A stretch of 63,708 bases of DNA, the filler included, from Saprolegnia diclina VS20 (taxonomy: Eukaryota): the NCBI RefSeq assembly GCF_000281045.1. It is 8 parts of one record of this genome, joined end to end, with 100 filler letters (N's around TTAATTAATTAA, not from the genome) between each part and the next. Parts side by side here need not be neighbours in the genome. Positions count along the whole stretch, not along the records: positions 23,311 to 51,101 come from NW_008246069.1; positions 51,202 to 52,748 come from NW_008246069.1; positions 52,849 to 54,821 come from NW_008246069.1; positions 54,922 to 58,006 come from NW_008246069.1; positions 58,107 to 59,372 come from NW_008246069.1; 3 more parts are not named here. The stretch is one strand, 5' to 3'. The position numbers were made by a program, and so were the translations under genes. Below the pieces are notes generated by a model that made no database searches, had not been told where the DNA came from, and was given only the letters and a program-made list of their open reading frames with translations. Positions 48,885 to 59,472 of the stretch are shown piece by piece. Positions within the stretch are counted from its first letter, which is position 1. Every line of letters starts with the position of its first letter.

Positions 48885-51101
48885 TTAGGCGTAGATGTTT
48901 TTCTTGGTGCTAAGGCGCTGACTGAGTGTCTTGCGCTTGGCCGACTCGAAGCGGCTCTTGGTCGTGCCTGACGGGTCGTTGTTTCCCGCCTTTTTCGACA
49001 GCAAAACGGAGGCCGACCGCAGCGAGAGCTGGCTGAGATTGCGCCACGAGAGGTTCCAGTATGGCAGCGTCGTGAGCTCGGGCTCCAAGATGACGCGAGA
49101 TGGCGGCCCCGGTCGCGTCGCGAGGAGGCAGCAGTAGACCTTAAAGATACTCGCCTGGAAGATGACGTTGGTGAAGATGCGGGGCAGGTCGTCTTGGCGC
49201 ACGACGTAAATGCCGTGCAAGACGACCCAGCCCGCGCCCCAGAGGAACTCGTGGTCGATCTGGAACGAGTCAGGTCCCATGTGAATGGGCTGCAGTCGCT
49301 TTGTGACAAGCCCCGCGACGGGCAGACCGTCTTCGCTCGGTAAAAAGTGATCGAGAAAGTGCTCTGGGATGCCGGGCAGCGACGCGAGCTCCATGGCGCT
49401 GGCCGTATACGTACCCGAGGCTGCAGCTTGGTAGACCTTGACACGCCGCGACCGCTTGTCGCAACAGTGCTCGTGGGCCAACAAGGCTCCTTTCCATGCA
49501 AGAAGCACGGCAACGATACCAATGCACGGAGCAAAAAACCACGTAAATTCGCGCAGCATGAACCATTGCTCGGGCGTCGCGGCGTCCAACGCAAAGTACG
49601 TCCAGAGGTTCATACCCGTCTCGGAAAAGTCGACGAGGTTGCGCGTGTAGAGCGCAGTCGCGTACGCGAGCACGTCCTTCTCTATGGCATTGGACGTCAG
49701 ACTCTGGACGACGTCGTTGCTGTAGCCAAAGCAGACCAAGTACAAAGCGACGGGCACGAACGGAGGCAGCGAGAGACCGAGGGCCGTTGCCCAGAGGTCG
49801 GTCCACACGATAAAGAGCGTGAGAAAATCCGAGCGAACGTTGGCGCCAAGCACAAACATGGGGAGGAGGTTGTAGCGCACGAACGTTTTTGTGAGCACAT
49901 ACTCTTCGAGCGACCAAAACCGGTCAATCACAAGCGCAAAGACGAGCAGGAACGACCGAATGCGAATGTGACGCTTGATGGTCGTAAACACATCGGGAAA
50001 CCAAATCGACTTTGTCGCGAGGAAGAAGCGCACCGAAACGACGACCGCAACGAGGATCGTAAAAGCAATGCGAATGCCGAGCGTGAGGATGACCAAGCCT
50101 TGCACCCACGCCCACGAGTCTTTCGTGTGCCCAAGTGACACGAAGAGGTCGACGACAAAGTCCCGCACCGGGTTGCCCGACATGGCAATCACATACCGAA
50201 TGTAGTTGACTTGATCGTTGTCGCTGTTGCGGTAGTAGCCTAGTCCATTCTGTACAAATTGGTGGTCATTCTTGTTGATGTACCCGAGTAGCCGTTGATG
50301 ATCAGCGATTCGTTGGTGGCTACGACGGTCGCGGCCCACTGGTTGGTCGGCAGCGTTTCCGTGATACGCATTGCATGGAAACGGGTCGCATTCTCATAGG
50401 GAAAGTAGAACGAGACGGCAGTTTGGTAGTTAGATGTGCTCGTCGCGTTGAGACCAAAGTAAAAATCACTGGAATCTGTCGTGGACGGGAGCTCGTAAAA
50501 TGATTTCATGGGCGCAGTCGAGACGATCGCGGGCCCAGCGTGCGTCTGGAGATGCGTCGATGAGCGCTCGGCGACCATGGTTTGCAGCACGATTGAGGAT
50601 ATGTTGACAAGGTTGACATCGACGAGATAGGCCTTGAAGATGGACGTGTCTTGGTACGCTCGACCCGTGTAGTCGCAGTCGATGAGCACGGCGTGGGTTG
50701 CCGCATACAAGTTAATCGGGCTCGAGAGACTCTCGAGCAGGCGCTGGAGAAGTGGCAAAAGGTGCGACTCGTTGTAGAGGCGGTCGCTCGGCTGGTATGT
50801 CGAGCAGTTGCCTGCAAGCAGGGTGTACTCGGACGCGTTCTCGCGGTCGGGCTCCATGTACATGATATGGTTTCCTGACGCTAGCATCGAGCGAACCTCG
50901 TTCATTTGGCGGGTTGGGTCGGCCATGTACATGCGAAGGTAGCGTGGGATCGTTGGTGCATCGTACTGGTACGTGCCGACCTGCGTGTTGTCGACGCCAA
51001 AGAGGATCTGGAGCATCGTCATCGATGCTGTCAAGTCGCAGTAGAGCACGACGAGCACGACGGCGAACGAAGCGAGTCCGAGCGCGTACGCGTGCAGCCT
51101 T
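48885..51101 (-). CDS. Oomycete-type multi-pass transmembrane protein, 5' end truncated by the linker
   Basis: Two ORFs joined by a 44-nt GT-AG intron (50240..50283) giving INGYS-G-YYRN. A lumenal region is followed by several hydrophobic helices (DSWAWVQGLVIL, IWFPDVF, VRSDFL). Confidence 0.75.
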
Positions 51102-51201
51102 NNNNNNNNNNNNNNNNNNNNNNNNNNNNNNNNNNNNNNNNNNNNTTAATTAATTAANNNNNNNNNNNNNNNNNNNNNNNNNNNNNNNNNNNNNNNNNNN
51201 N
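51102..51201. other. Artificial contig linker N44-TTAATTAATTAA-N44 (same linker at 52749..52848, 54822..54921, 58007..58106, 59373..59472, 61604..61703)
   Basis: Identical 100-bp blocks seen directly at each position. Confidence 0.97.
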
Positions 51202-51371
51202 TTGAGGTTGACGATGCCGTTGGTCTTGAGCGCGGCGACGAGCGCGTTGGCGTCGGCGTCCGAGAGGTTGTCGAGGTCGAACGCCGGGATCGTGTACGCC
51301 GGGTAGTCGAAGATGCTCGCCGCCGTCGCCGACGCCAGGAGCAGCGACGCAAGAAGCCCGTGGCTCAACAT
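51202..51371 (-). CDS. 5' fragment of a secreted protein, possibly a 2OG-Fe(II)/IPNS-like N-terminus
   Basis: Signal peptide MLSHGLLASLLLASATA, then IPAFDLDNL...LVAALKTNGIVNL, resembling the IPxIDL...AL...G start of DIOX_N-type domains. Cut by the linker. Confidence 0.5.
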
Positions 51372-52499
51372 GTGGGCAAAGCGCGTGTAAACGAAATCTG
51401 TGCCCTTTACGCTTCAATGGCCTTTTCATGCGACTCGAGTGGGTGCGCCGCAGCTGCCTTTTCTTTGCGGGCGTGCGAAAGAGCCGGCGTCGACACGGCG
51501 GTGTCACTTGTTTGACAATTGCAGTGCAAACGCAGCCGCAGCCAACCTGACGAAACAGCTGTTTGGCGTGTACCGTAGTTGAAGAACCTGCTTCGAGCGT
51601 TCGACGTCATTGCAACGGCGACGGTCACGTACGGCTGATCATTGTTGCAAGGAAAGAGAGTCGACTTGGTATTATCGAGGATTTTTATTCGCCCTTGGTA
51701 TTATATGCAAGTGCATTCGACACCGAGACGTTGTCCAGCGGAATCGCGCCCCAGTCGTCGAGACGGTGTCTCTCAAGCGAGTCCACACAACAAAGAGCGT
51801 TCGATGTGCGTAATAAGCTCCAAAATAGCTTTTGTCTGAGACGAACCACAACTAGAACCACAATAAATGGGCACGGAGCTGGTCATGCTCTGCTGGTGCA
51901 CTTCCGACTGGAGGTGCGATGGGGCTTGGCCGTGGCGGATGCGAGGCGTGCTCAAGGCGCCGGCGAACAATGTGGCAGTCGTCCGGGACAGTCAAGATGT
52001 GAAAGGTACATCTCACGTGGGTGCCTCGCAGCAAGTGCTGGAGGAGCAGCGTGGTTGCGAAAGCAGCGTGAAGGACGGCCGCCTCAGGCAAAAGAATCAG
52101 CCATCGCGGGTACTCATAAGCCAGACGGTGTGGAGCACGCAAAGATCTGCTATGACCGTGGTGCAGGCTATCACCAGCGATTCTTAAAGCAGTTTGAATT
52201 TCGTCAGGGAACTAGCAGCTCGAGAGCTGTCGGAACGAGCGGCCTGAGGCAAGATGGGTAGAGTCGACTGGTCAAGACAGCACGCTGGGCGTATGGTAGG
52301 TCGTAGCGTCTCTTTCTAGTACCGCGTTGTCTTGATTGCCACGGCGAACATAATATGCGCTCCAGTCCTCCGTTGTGTACAGTGCGGGACACTCATATCG
52401 CGATTTACGAATTCCGGAGTAAACACCTAACCCGCGAATGAAGGTGATGATAAACGATACTGGTATTGGTTTATCGTAGCAAAATAGACGCGTTCCAGT

Positions 52500-52748
52500 T
52501 TAGCACGCCATGTAGAGCATCGCGATACCGGCGGCCACGCTGCTAACCGAGACGACAGTGGCCGATGATGACGTTGGTGCATTAGTCGCCGGCTTCTTCG
52601 TCGTCGGGGCCAGCGTAAGTGCAGCATCAGTTGGCGCCGCGGTCGGGTCCGTGGGCAACGTCGTTGCGGTGGAATCACTCGTCGTCGCACCAGGCGCACT
52701 CGTTGTTGTAGGTGCGTTCGTGCCGCTGCCACTGGTAGTAGGACTGGG
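52500..52748 (-). CDS. 3' fragment of a Thr/Pro/Ser-rich (mucin-like) probable GPI-anchored surface protein
   Basis: The minus frame reads PSPTTSGSGTNAPTTTSAPGATT...PATNAPTSSSATVVSVSSVAAGIAMLYMAC*: a T/P stalk, small-residue omega site and hydrophobic C-terminus. Confidence 0.7.
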   Translation of the reverse strand, partial: PSPTTSGSGTNAPTTTSAPGATTSDSTATTLPTDPTAAPTDAALTLAPTTKKPATNAPTSSSATVVSVSSVAAGIAMLYMAC

Positions 52749-52848
52749 NNNNNNNNNNNNNNNNNNNNNNNNNNNNNNNNNNNNNNNNNNNNTTAATTAA
52801 TTAANNNNNNNNNNNNNNNNNNNNNNNNNNNNNNNNNNNNNNNNNNNN

Positions 52849-52985
52849 ACAACGGTCGCATCAAGCACTCGGTGCACACCAACATGTGCCTGGACGCCGA
52901 CCCGACGGACGCGACGCACAAGGCGCAGATGTGGACGTGTTTCCCCAACAACGACAACCAGTGCTGGAAGCTCGTCGCGATGTAA
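52849..52985 (+). CDS. 3' fragment of a ricin-B (QxW) lectin domain protein
   Basis: NGRIKHSVHTNMCLDADPTDATHKAQMWTCFPNNDNQCWKLVAM* fits the CLD...W.C...N.NQxW ricin-B subdomain. This fragment is absent from the ORF track. Confidence 0.85.
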
Positions 52986-54780
52986 ACTTGTGTTTAACAT
53001 TTAGATCCACTCGGGCGTAGAAAATAATGTGGCTAAGAACTGAACGACATTGGAATAGATTGACAACATCATGATTGAGATAATGGTGAACCAAGACATT
53101 GCCAGTGAGCCTAGTACAGGCAAACAGAGTCACTTACCGCAACACGAATTCATTAAAACAAGTCGGAATGAGCTCGCTGAGCTCGCTAGTTCGACGCAGA
53201 TTATTGCACTGAGAAACAAATAACAACTACCCGGTATGAGAGCATAAGGACATTTTCCTAATTTTTGTGATCCTAAGTTACAAGCAGTCTCGGCACCGTG
53301 GATGGATCGATATGGTACCGAAACATTGCTGCTGTGCACTGACTTCACCAAAGTTTCACGTCGTCGCGGCGCCAGCCAGTTCTTTCGTGGCTTCGCCCAC
53401 CACATTCGAGCTCGCTACGCTGCACTGGAGGTCGCCTAAATAGCCCCGAAGTTGGCATCTCACAAAGAGCGTCTCACCTCCATCGATCCGGATAAAGATT
53501 TGGTGGAGTGATGGTGTTTCAAGATCCATCGTCGGGGCGACGGTTATGCGTGCAGCTTACGATGCCCCAGGTTGCAGCCCGGATGTGCTACCCAACGCTT
53601 AACCTTTCCACTCGTACTCGATTCGAGCGAGGTTTTAAATGTATACAGTAGCTACTGGTAATAGATTTTACTGCAAGGCTATAAAGCACCTGGCTGCGGC
53701 TACGTCTGAGCCACAACGCGTCGAGTGCCGAGTGTCCCAATATATAGACCAAACATACCCCAACTCCAGTGCCCCAACTCTCTCGTTCACCGCACGCCGA
53801 CGTCAAGCACTGCATCGTGTAAAGAAGTGCGATGCCCGGTATCGACTTGGGTATGTAGCCGTCAACAGTGCATCTTGATGTCATGTCTTCACGTACGACA
53901 ATTCAACGATTGAGGCAAGCATGTTCGTTGCGCCACATCTCGCAAGTTTGGCTTCAATTCACTTCGTTTGCAAGGACGTTGCACCTTCGTATGAAATATG
54001 CGATGCGGTCCTACAAATAGGTGCTACCTCGACCCTATCCACCCCGCCGTGGCTTTACATTAAAAAGCGCCTGAAAAACCTCGTAGGATGCGCTAATGGA
54101 ACCGCCTTTTGAGTTATGCGTCATCACTCGCTTCAAGTTAGCGAAAGTACTTACATCTAAAGATTGCATCCGACCTTTCTTGGCCGACCAGGTACACCCG
54201 TCCTGTCATAACCCTCCGCAATCTCAGCGTCGTTTCACGACTCCGTTTGCAGGACGACATCATTCAACAATTGCTGAAACATATGTCACCACTTGGGACA
54301 CCTGCTTTGCACAGTACATAATCCTAGGTGTCTTCAATCTCAGCGGTCACGGCGCGCGTTGGCGCTCGCAGTGTACTCATGTCTCGAGAAAACCTGCCAC
54401 TGCAACAATATCGTCACGTCAAATTCCTCATCAACAAGATTCCAACAACCGCAACGTTATTCCATGGACACCGCTACAAGACGAGGTACCAGACACATTG
54501 TTTTGATCTCGCAATGCCATACAGAAACTAATGATGAAGCCTAATCCAATCGCAGCAAATGCAATTACAATGTTCTGTGGTTAGTTTATTATTTCGCAAC
54601 CCACATGTTTACAAACCCAGCTGTATCACGCGCCATCGCAGATCGACGATGTCGAGACAGGTGTTCGCTGGGTCCTTTCTATGCCCTGTCAAGTACCGGG
54701 TACGATTGTTGCAAGGTACACACGCGAGCTACGAGCTGGTTTGCTTCTGAGCCTCACTTTTGTTTTTGCTCTCGACCGCC

Positions 54781-54821
54781 ATGGTGGCTTCCAAGCTCGC
54801 AATCCTGTCGTTCCTCGCGTC
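54781..54821 (+). CDS. Start of a probable secreted protein (signal peptide only), cut by the linker
   Basis: CCGCC-ATG context, MVASKLAILSFLA, preceded by an Inr-like CTCACTTT about 25 nt upstream. Confidence 0.45.
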
Positions 54822-55317
54822 NNNNNNNNNNNNNNNNNNNNNNNNNNNNNNNNNNNNNNNNNNNNTTAATTAATTAANNNNNNNNNNNNNNNNNNNNNNN
54901 NNNNNNNNNNNNNNNNNNNNNGCGTGGCCTCATCGGCTTCGACTATGCGCTTCTTTTGTCGCCTCACCTCGCGTTCATCGGTGGAGCTCGGCCACCGCCG
55001 CCACGGGTCTCTTGGCTGCCGACGGACCGGATACCCGCGTGGGGTATTCAGCAGTGGTAACCAGTCTGCCAGCTCATGTTTCATCCGGACCAAATATGCT
55101 GTGACCGGGAACGACCTCGACCATGACAGCGACGCAGAGGAGACGCAAGCACACGCACAACCACACGGCTCACGTCGTTCGATGCGCCACCATCTACTTC
55201 TCATGAATCGCGTTGGAGCTAGTCGATCACATGCTTCTTTCTTGTGCTGTAGTGGGAAACATCAATGCAAATTAAGAACACATGACCAGCGTGGGTGCAA
55301 AGTTACTCTATTCATTG

Positions 55318-57834
55318 CTATGCAAGCGACGCGCGCAAGAACTGCACCGTTGCACGCGCTTGGAGCTCATAGTGATCGAACTTGATGACGCGAAGAACGT
55401 CCGAGTTCTTATTGGTATGCACCGAAAAGCGAGTCGAAGTGAGACGTCGCTCGGATTCTAGCCATCCTCGGCCCGTGCAACCCACTGCACGCGCTGGCAC
55501 TTCGAGGTACGATTGCGTTCCGTCGCGCAAAAAGGAAACGAGCGCTCCACAGTCGTTGCAGTCGCAGTCGCTCAGTGTTTCCACGGGCACAACGAGATCG
55601 AGGATGGCTTGGTCGTTTGTCCATGTCTGCACCCGTGCGAGGCAGCGCTCGCCGAGCGGTCGCGCTTCGGGTTGGGTCGCCACGTGCTCGTAAAAGTGGA
55701 GCGCGATGGGAGTGATGTTGTCGACGTCGAACACATCGTTCATGCGCTCGATCAACTCGTCCACGGCCTGCGCCAAAAGATGGTTGGCCCCGAGAAAATC
55801 GCACAGACGAGCAATCGCAGCGGCTTGGGTGCATCGCACCGCCGACGCCTCCGTATTGACGTGGCACTCGTACTCGTCGTTAAACGCGGTTGGTAGCAAG
55901 AGCTCCACTACGGACGCGAGGTGCTGCTTGTTCCCGGCGAAATGCGGGTCGTCCACGAGGCGCGCCATCGCCGGCAGCCACGCCGCACCATAGTGCTCCT
56001 GCAGCCGATCGAGAATGCCGTCAACCGCGCCGAGTCGGTGCGCAACCTCGACAATATAGCCAGAGGCGTCCGAGAGATGAGGTGCTGTCGACTCTGGAAG
56101 CTGGTGGTACGCGGCGAGGACGCGCTGCATGTTGACGCGCTGCGATGCACCCGGTTGATCGAGGACGGCGCGCGCGAGCAAGCACACGAGGTGAGCGTCG
56201 TTCGGGAGTTTCTCCATACGGGCCAGAAGGACGTTTAGCGCACGCGGCGGCGCTGCAAACTCATGGACGAGCCCAAGCAAGGTGCTTGGCAAGCGCGCTA
56301 CCAACGCCAGGTCGTCGAGTGGAACAAAGGGGGCGTTGGCGCCAAGAAAGGCATCCACGGACAAGGCGTTCACGACCAACGTGTTGCTCGCTGTGGCACC
56401 GTCGCGGAGCCACGTCAGAAATACGCAAAACGACTGCTGGATGTACGCAACCGTGGCGTGGGTGTGGTCTCGGTGGTCGTCGACAAGGCGCCGCAGCCAT
56501 TCGAACGCAAGCTCCGGCGACTGCTGGAGCACGGCGATCGCCAAGGTAGAAAGGGACGACGCCATGTCGGTCCAGCCAAAGCGCGCTACAGCGCGGAGTG
56601 TCCACGCCGCCACATTGGCATCCAGAAGGAACGCGCTCCGGCAAACGCACGCGGTGACAAACGTGGTGGCGCGCCCGACGTCACCGATGGTCAAGAGGAC
56701 GTCTCCCAGCGCCGTGGGATTGATTTGCTCCAAACGCAGCTGATGGTCGGTCGCGCAGATCATCTCCATCATGTTTTGAAACATCTCGTCAATGGACGCA
56801 TAACCCCAGAGGTCGCCTTTGCCACGGTGCAATGCCAAGAGGTTGGCCAGCGTATACGTCCAGTTAATGATGCGGACGCGCTGGCGCTTGGGCCAAAAGA
56901 CGACCCAGAGCGACAAAGTTTCGCGAGGCGAGCGAAGCGGCTCGTCCACATAGATGCGGTCCTCAATGTTGTAGGCGAACTCTTGGGTGACGAGGCGGGG
57001 CACTTCCAAGGCGGGATGTACGCACGAGCCGACAAGCCCGTGTGCTGCATGGAGGAACACGACGTCGAAGCAGTCCGCGGCGACGAGCGCGTCCACTGCC
57101 AAACGCTCGGCGCCTTGTTGCTGCGCAAGAACGACCGAAATGGACCCAGCACTCTCTGACCAGTCGTTGAGGCGCCACGCAGTGTACGGCGTAGGCTGCG
57201 GTCGCATGGCGGCCGAGCGGAGGGCACCGGCCACGGCGAGAGTGCGCGGCGACCATCCGTTGTTACATGAACGATCGACCAAGTGGTAGACAATCGCGGT
57301 GCGCAACCCGGCGCGAATGGGACCGACCGACACGTGACTCCAGCTCTCGAAAGCGAGGTACGATGCCGTGTGGGCTGGCGCTGCCCACTCGAGTGGCGAG
57401 TCCCCTTGTGTCGAAAACAAGCCTCCAACCGCGTCGGACGGCGGCAAAATGACTAATGCGCCAAATGCCCCATCGGGCGGTCTGCTTGGCGGCTCGTACG
57501 CCTTGACGTCGCCGCCTGCGACATCGATCGTCAAGTGTGAGAAGACGATGGCGCAGGTGTCTGGGGTTGTACATCCCAAGGCTTGGACAGCTGCTCGCAT
57601 GACCTGATCGAGTACGCCGTCTTGGACAACGTGGGCTTGTGGAACTTGACACCATGATGCCACATCACCGTGGCCCAACTGGGCGGCCTTGTCTCCGGTC
57701 AGCGGCCATGCAAGTTGGCGAGGTGCCGAAGCAGCGTGTACGACGGGGACCCAAAACGGAAGCGTATCCGCAAGTGCAGGGCGTGCGTGGATTGCTTGTG
57801 CTATGCCTTCGTACGCTGCTGTGGCTGTTGTCAT
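55318..57834 (-). CDS. Large intronless protein with degenerate 2OG-Fe(II) oxygenase-like N-terminal domain and C-terminal CxCxxC motif
   Basis: FGALVILPPSDAVGGLF and VGPIRAGLRTAIVYHL match the family pattern FGTLVVxLPSxHxGGxL...HEVxPVTSGxRxALVYNL. C-terminal CDCNDCGALVSFLRD. Likely ATG at 57834. Confidence 0.7.
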   Translation of the reverse strand: MTTATAAYEGIAQAIHARPALADTLPFWVPVVHAASAPRQLAWPLTGDKAAQLGHGDVASWCQVPQAHVVQDGVLDQVMRAAVQALGCTTPDTCAIVFSHLTIDVAGGDVKAYEPPSRPPDGAFGALVILPPSDAVGGLFSTQGDSPLEWAAPAHTASYLAFESWSHVSVGPIRAGLRTAIVYHLVDRSCNNGWSPRTLAVAGALRSAAMRPQPTPYTAWRLNDWSESAGSISVVLAQQQGAERLAVDALVAADCFDVVFLHAAHGLVGSCVHPALEVPRLVTQEFAYNIEDRIYVDEPLRSPRETLSLWVVFWPKRQRVRIINWTYTLANLLALHRGKGDLWGYASIDEMFQNMMEMICATDHQLRLEQINPTALGDVLLTIGDVGRATTFVTACVCRSAFLLDANVAAWTLRAVARFGWTDMASSLSTLAIAVLQQSPELAFEWLRRLVDDHRDHTHATVAYIQQSFCVFLTWLRDGATASNTLVVNALSVDAFLGANAPFVPLDDLALVARLPSTLLGLVHEFAAPPRALNVLLARMEKLPNDAHLVCLLARAVLDQPGASQRVNMQRVLAAYHQLPESTAPHLSDASGYIVEVAHRLGAVDGILDRLQEHYGAAWLPAMARLVDDPHFAGNKQHLASVVELLLPTAFNDEYECHVNTEASAVRCTQAAAIARLCDFLGANHLLAQAVDELIERMNDVFDVDNITPIALHFYEHVATQPEARPLGERCLARVQTWTNDQAILDLVVPVETLSDCDCNDCGALVSFLRDGTQSYLEVPARAVGCTGRGWLESERRLTSTRFSVHTNKNSDVLRVIKFDHYELQARATVQFLRASLA

Positions 57835-58106
57835 CGCAGCGCTTTTGTAAGTGCACACTGCGTGGCGCGCAACACAGCACGGCTGTCCGAGTGATGGTGG
57901 AGCAGACAGTAGCACTTGGGGACAGCTGGGGACCACCCCCAACCACTCACTCCCCCAACCAGACCCGCAACCCCAAGTGTCACCGTATGTTCCACCATCA
58001 CTCAGANNNNNNNNNNNNNNNNNNNNNNNNNNNNNNNNNNNNNNNNNNNNTTAATTAATTAANNNNNNNNNNNNNNNNNNNNNNNNNNNNNNNNNNNNNN
58101 NNNNNN

Positions 58107-58411
58107 GCCGAGTAGACGCGGTTCTGCTTCAACTCCCATTGCTGGTACACGTCTGAGGGGTTGCACACCTCCGTGACGACGCGCGCGACCTTGCCCGACT
58201 CGGCGCAAACGCATTGGCCGTTGGACTTGACCTTGAGCAACTTGGTTGTCGGGTCGTACTCGAATTGCTCGTTGCTGTTGTAGCGCAGCTGGTCGGCGTA
58301 GAGCACCTTCTCGTACTCCGAGACGACCATGCGGTTGGGCGTGCAGAGCTGGACCGGGGCAGCCGCGGCGGCAGTCGTGACGACCAAGAGAGAACCAAGG
58401 ACAAGCTTCAT
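58107..58411 (-). CDS. Secreted ricin-B lectin-like protein, copy A (3' truncated)
   Basis: Signal peptide MKLVLGSLLVVTTAAAA, then NEQFEYD, NGQCVCA and CNPSDVYQQW (QxW repeats). Confidence 0.85.
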
Positions 58412-59067
58412 CGTAAGGGTGTTGGTCGAGGAGGAGGCTGCAAAAGTAAAAGTGGGTCTGGACGATATGTACTGCGTTTATCCTGGCACAGCTTGCAGTT
58501 CAAGAAGTTTGCGTGCATAGTGATAGTTTGGTCAATCTCATCGTGTTGATCCCATCCCACCAACTTCTACGACCGAATTTGCGAGCGGATGTGATGTCAG
58601 TGGATTCATCGAAGGACGTTCAATTGTGCACAAGCGCCGCGAGCATCATCAGTGCAGGCGCAGCGCTCGCAGCGGTTTGGTTGCTGGACATAGCGGAGGG
58701 CTAGGTACCAAAGATATTGCGTAAAGCATGTAAAGAGTAATACGACTCACTTCAACAACAACCATTGCGGTAACGAGCCCTCCGCTATGTCCAGCAACCA
58801 AACCGCTGCGAGCGCTGCGCCTGCACTGATGATGCTCGCGGCGCTTGTGCACAATTGAACGTCCTTCGATGAATCCACTGACATCACATCCGCTCGCAAA
58901 TTCGGTCAGTAGAAGTTGGTGGGATGGGGTCAACACGATGGGATCGACCAAGCTATGACTATGCACGCAAACTTCTTGAACTGCAAGCTGTGCCAGGATA
59001 AACGCAGCACATATCGTTCAGACCCACTTTTACTTTTGCAGCCTCCTCCTCGACCAACACCCTTACG

Positions 59068-59372
59068 ATGAAGCTTGTCCTTGGTTCTCTCTTGGTCGTC
59101 ACGACTGCCGCCGCGGCTGCCCCGGTCCAGCTCTGCACGCCCAACCGCATGGTCGTCTCGGAGTACGAGAAGGTGCTCTACGCCGACCAGCTGCGCTACA
59201 ACAGCAACGAGCAATTCGAGTACGACCCGACAACCAAGTTGCTCAAGGTCAAGTCCAACGGCCAATGCGTTTGCGCCGAGTCGGGCAAGGTCGCGCGCGT
59301 CGTCACGGAGGTGTGCAACCCCTCAGACGTGTACCAGCAATGGGAGTTGAAGCAGAACCGCGTCTACTCGGC
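59068..59372 (+). CDS. Secreted ricin-B lectin-like protein, copy B (3' truncated)
   Basis: Translation identical to copy A, in the divergent orientation. Confidence 0.85.
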
Positions 59373-59472
59373 NNNNNNNNNNNNNNNNNNNNNNNNNNNN
59401 NNNNNNNNNNNNNNNNTTAATTAATTAANNNNNNNNNNNNNNNNNNNNNNNNNNNNNNNNNNNNNNNNNNNN

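Larger units (their letters stand above)
58107..59372. repeat. Contig-spanning inverted duplication: arms 58107..58702 and 58776..59372, 73-nt spacer
   Basis: The arms are reverse complements. Coding parts look identical, while the upstream non-coding parts show a handful of substitutions and one 1-nt indel. Confidence 0.95.

Noticed and set aside
50240..50339. Overlapping ORFs suggesting a frameshift or programmed recoding in the TM gene
   Set aside because: A 44-nt GT-AG intron (50240..50283) joins the frames cleanly.
52986..54780. Long AT-richer stretch with short ORFs, possible transposon or pseudogene remnant
   Set aside because: No transposase, reverse transcriptase, terminal repeat or other recognisable motif found by eye.
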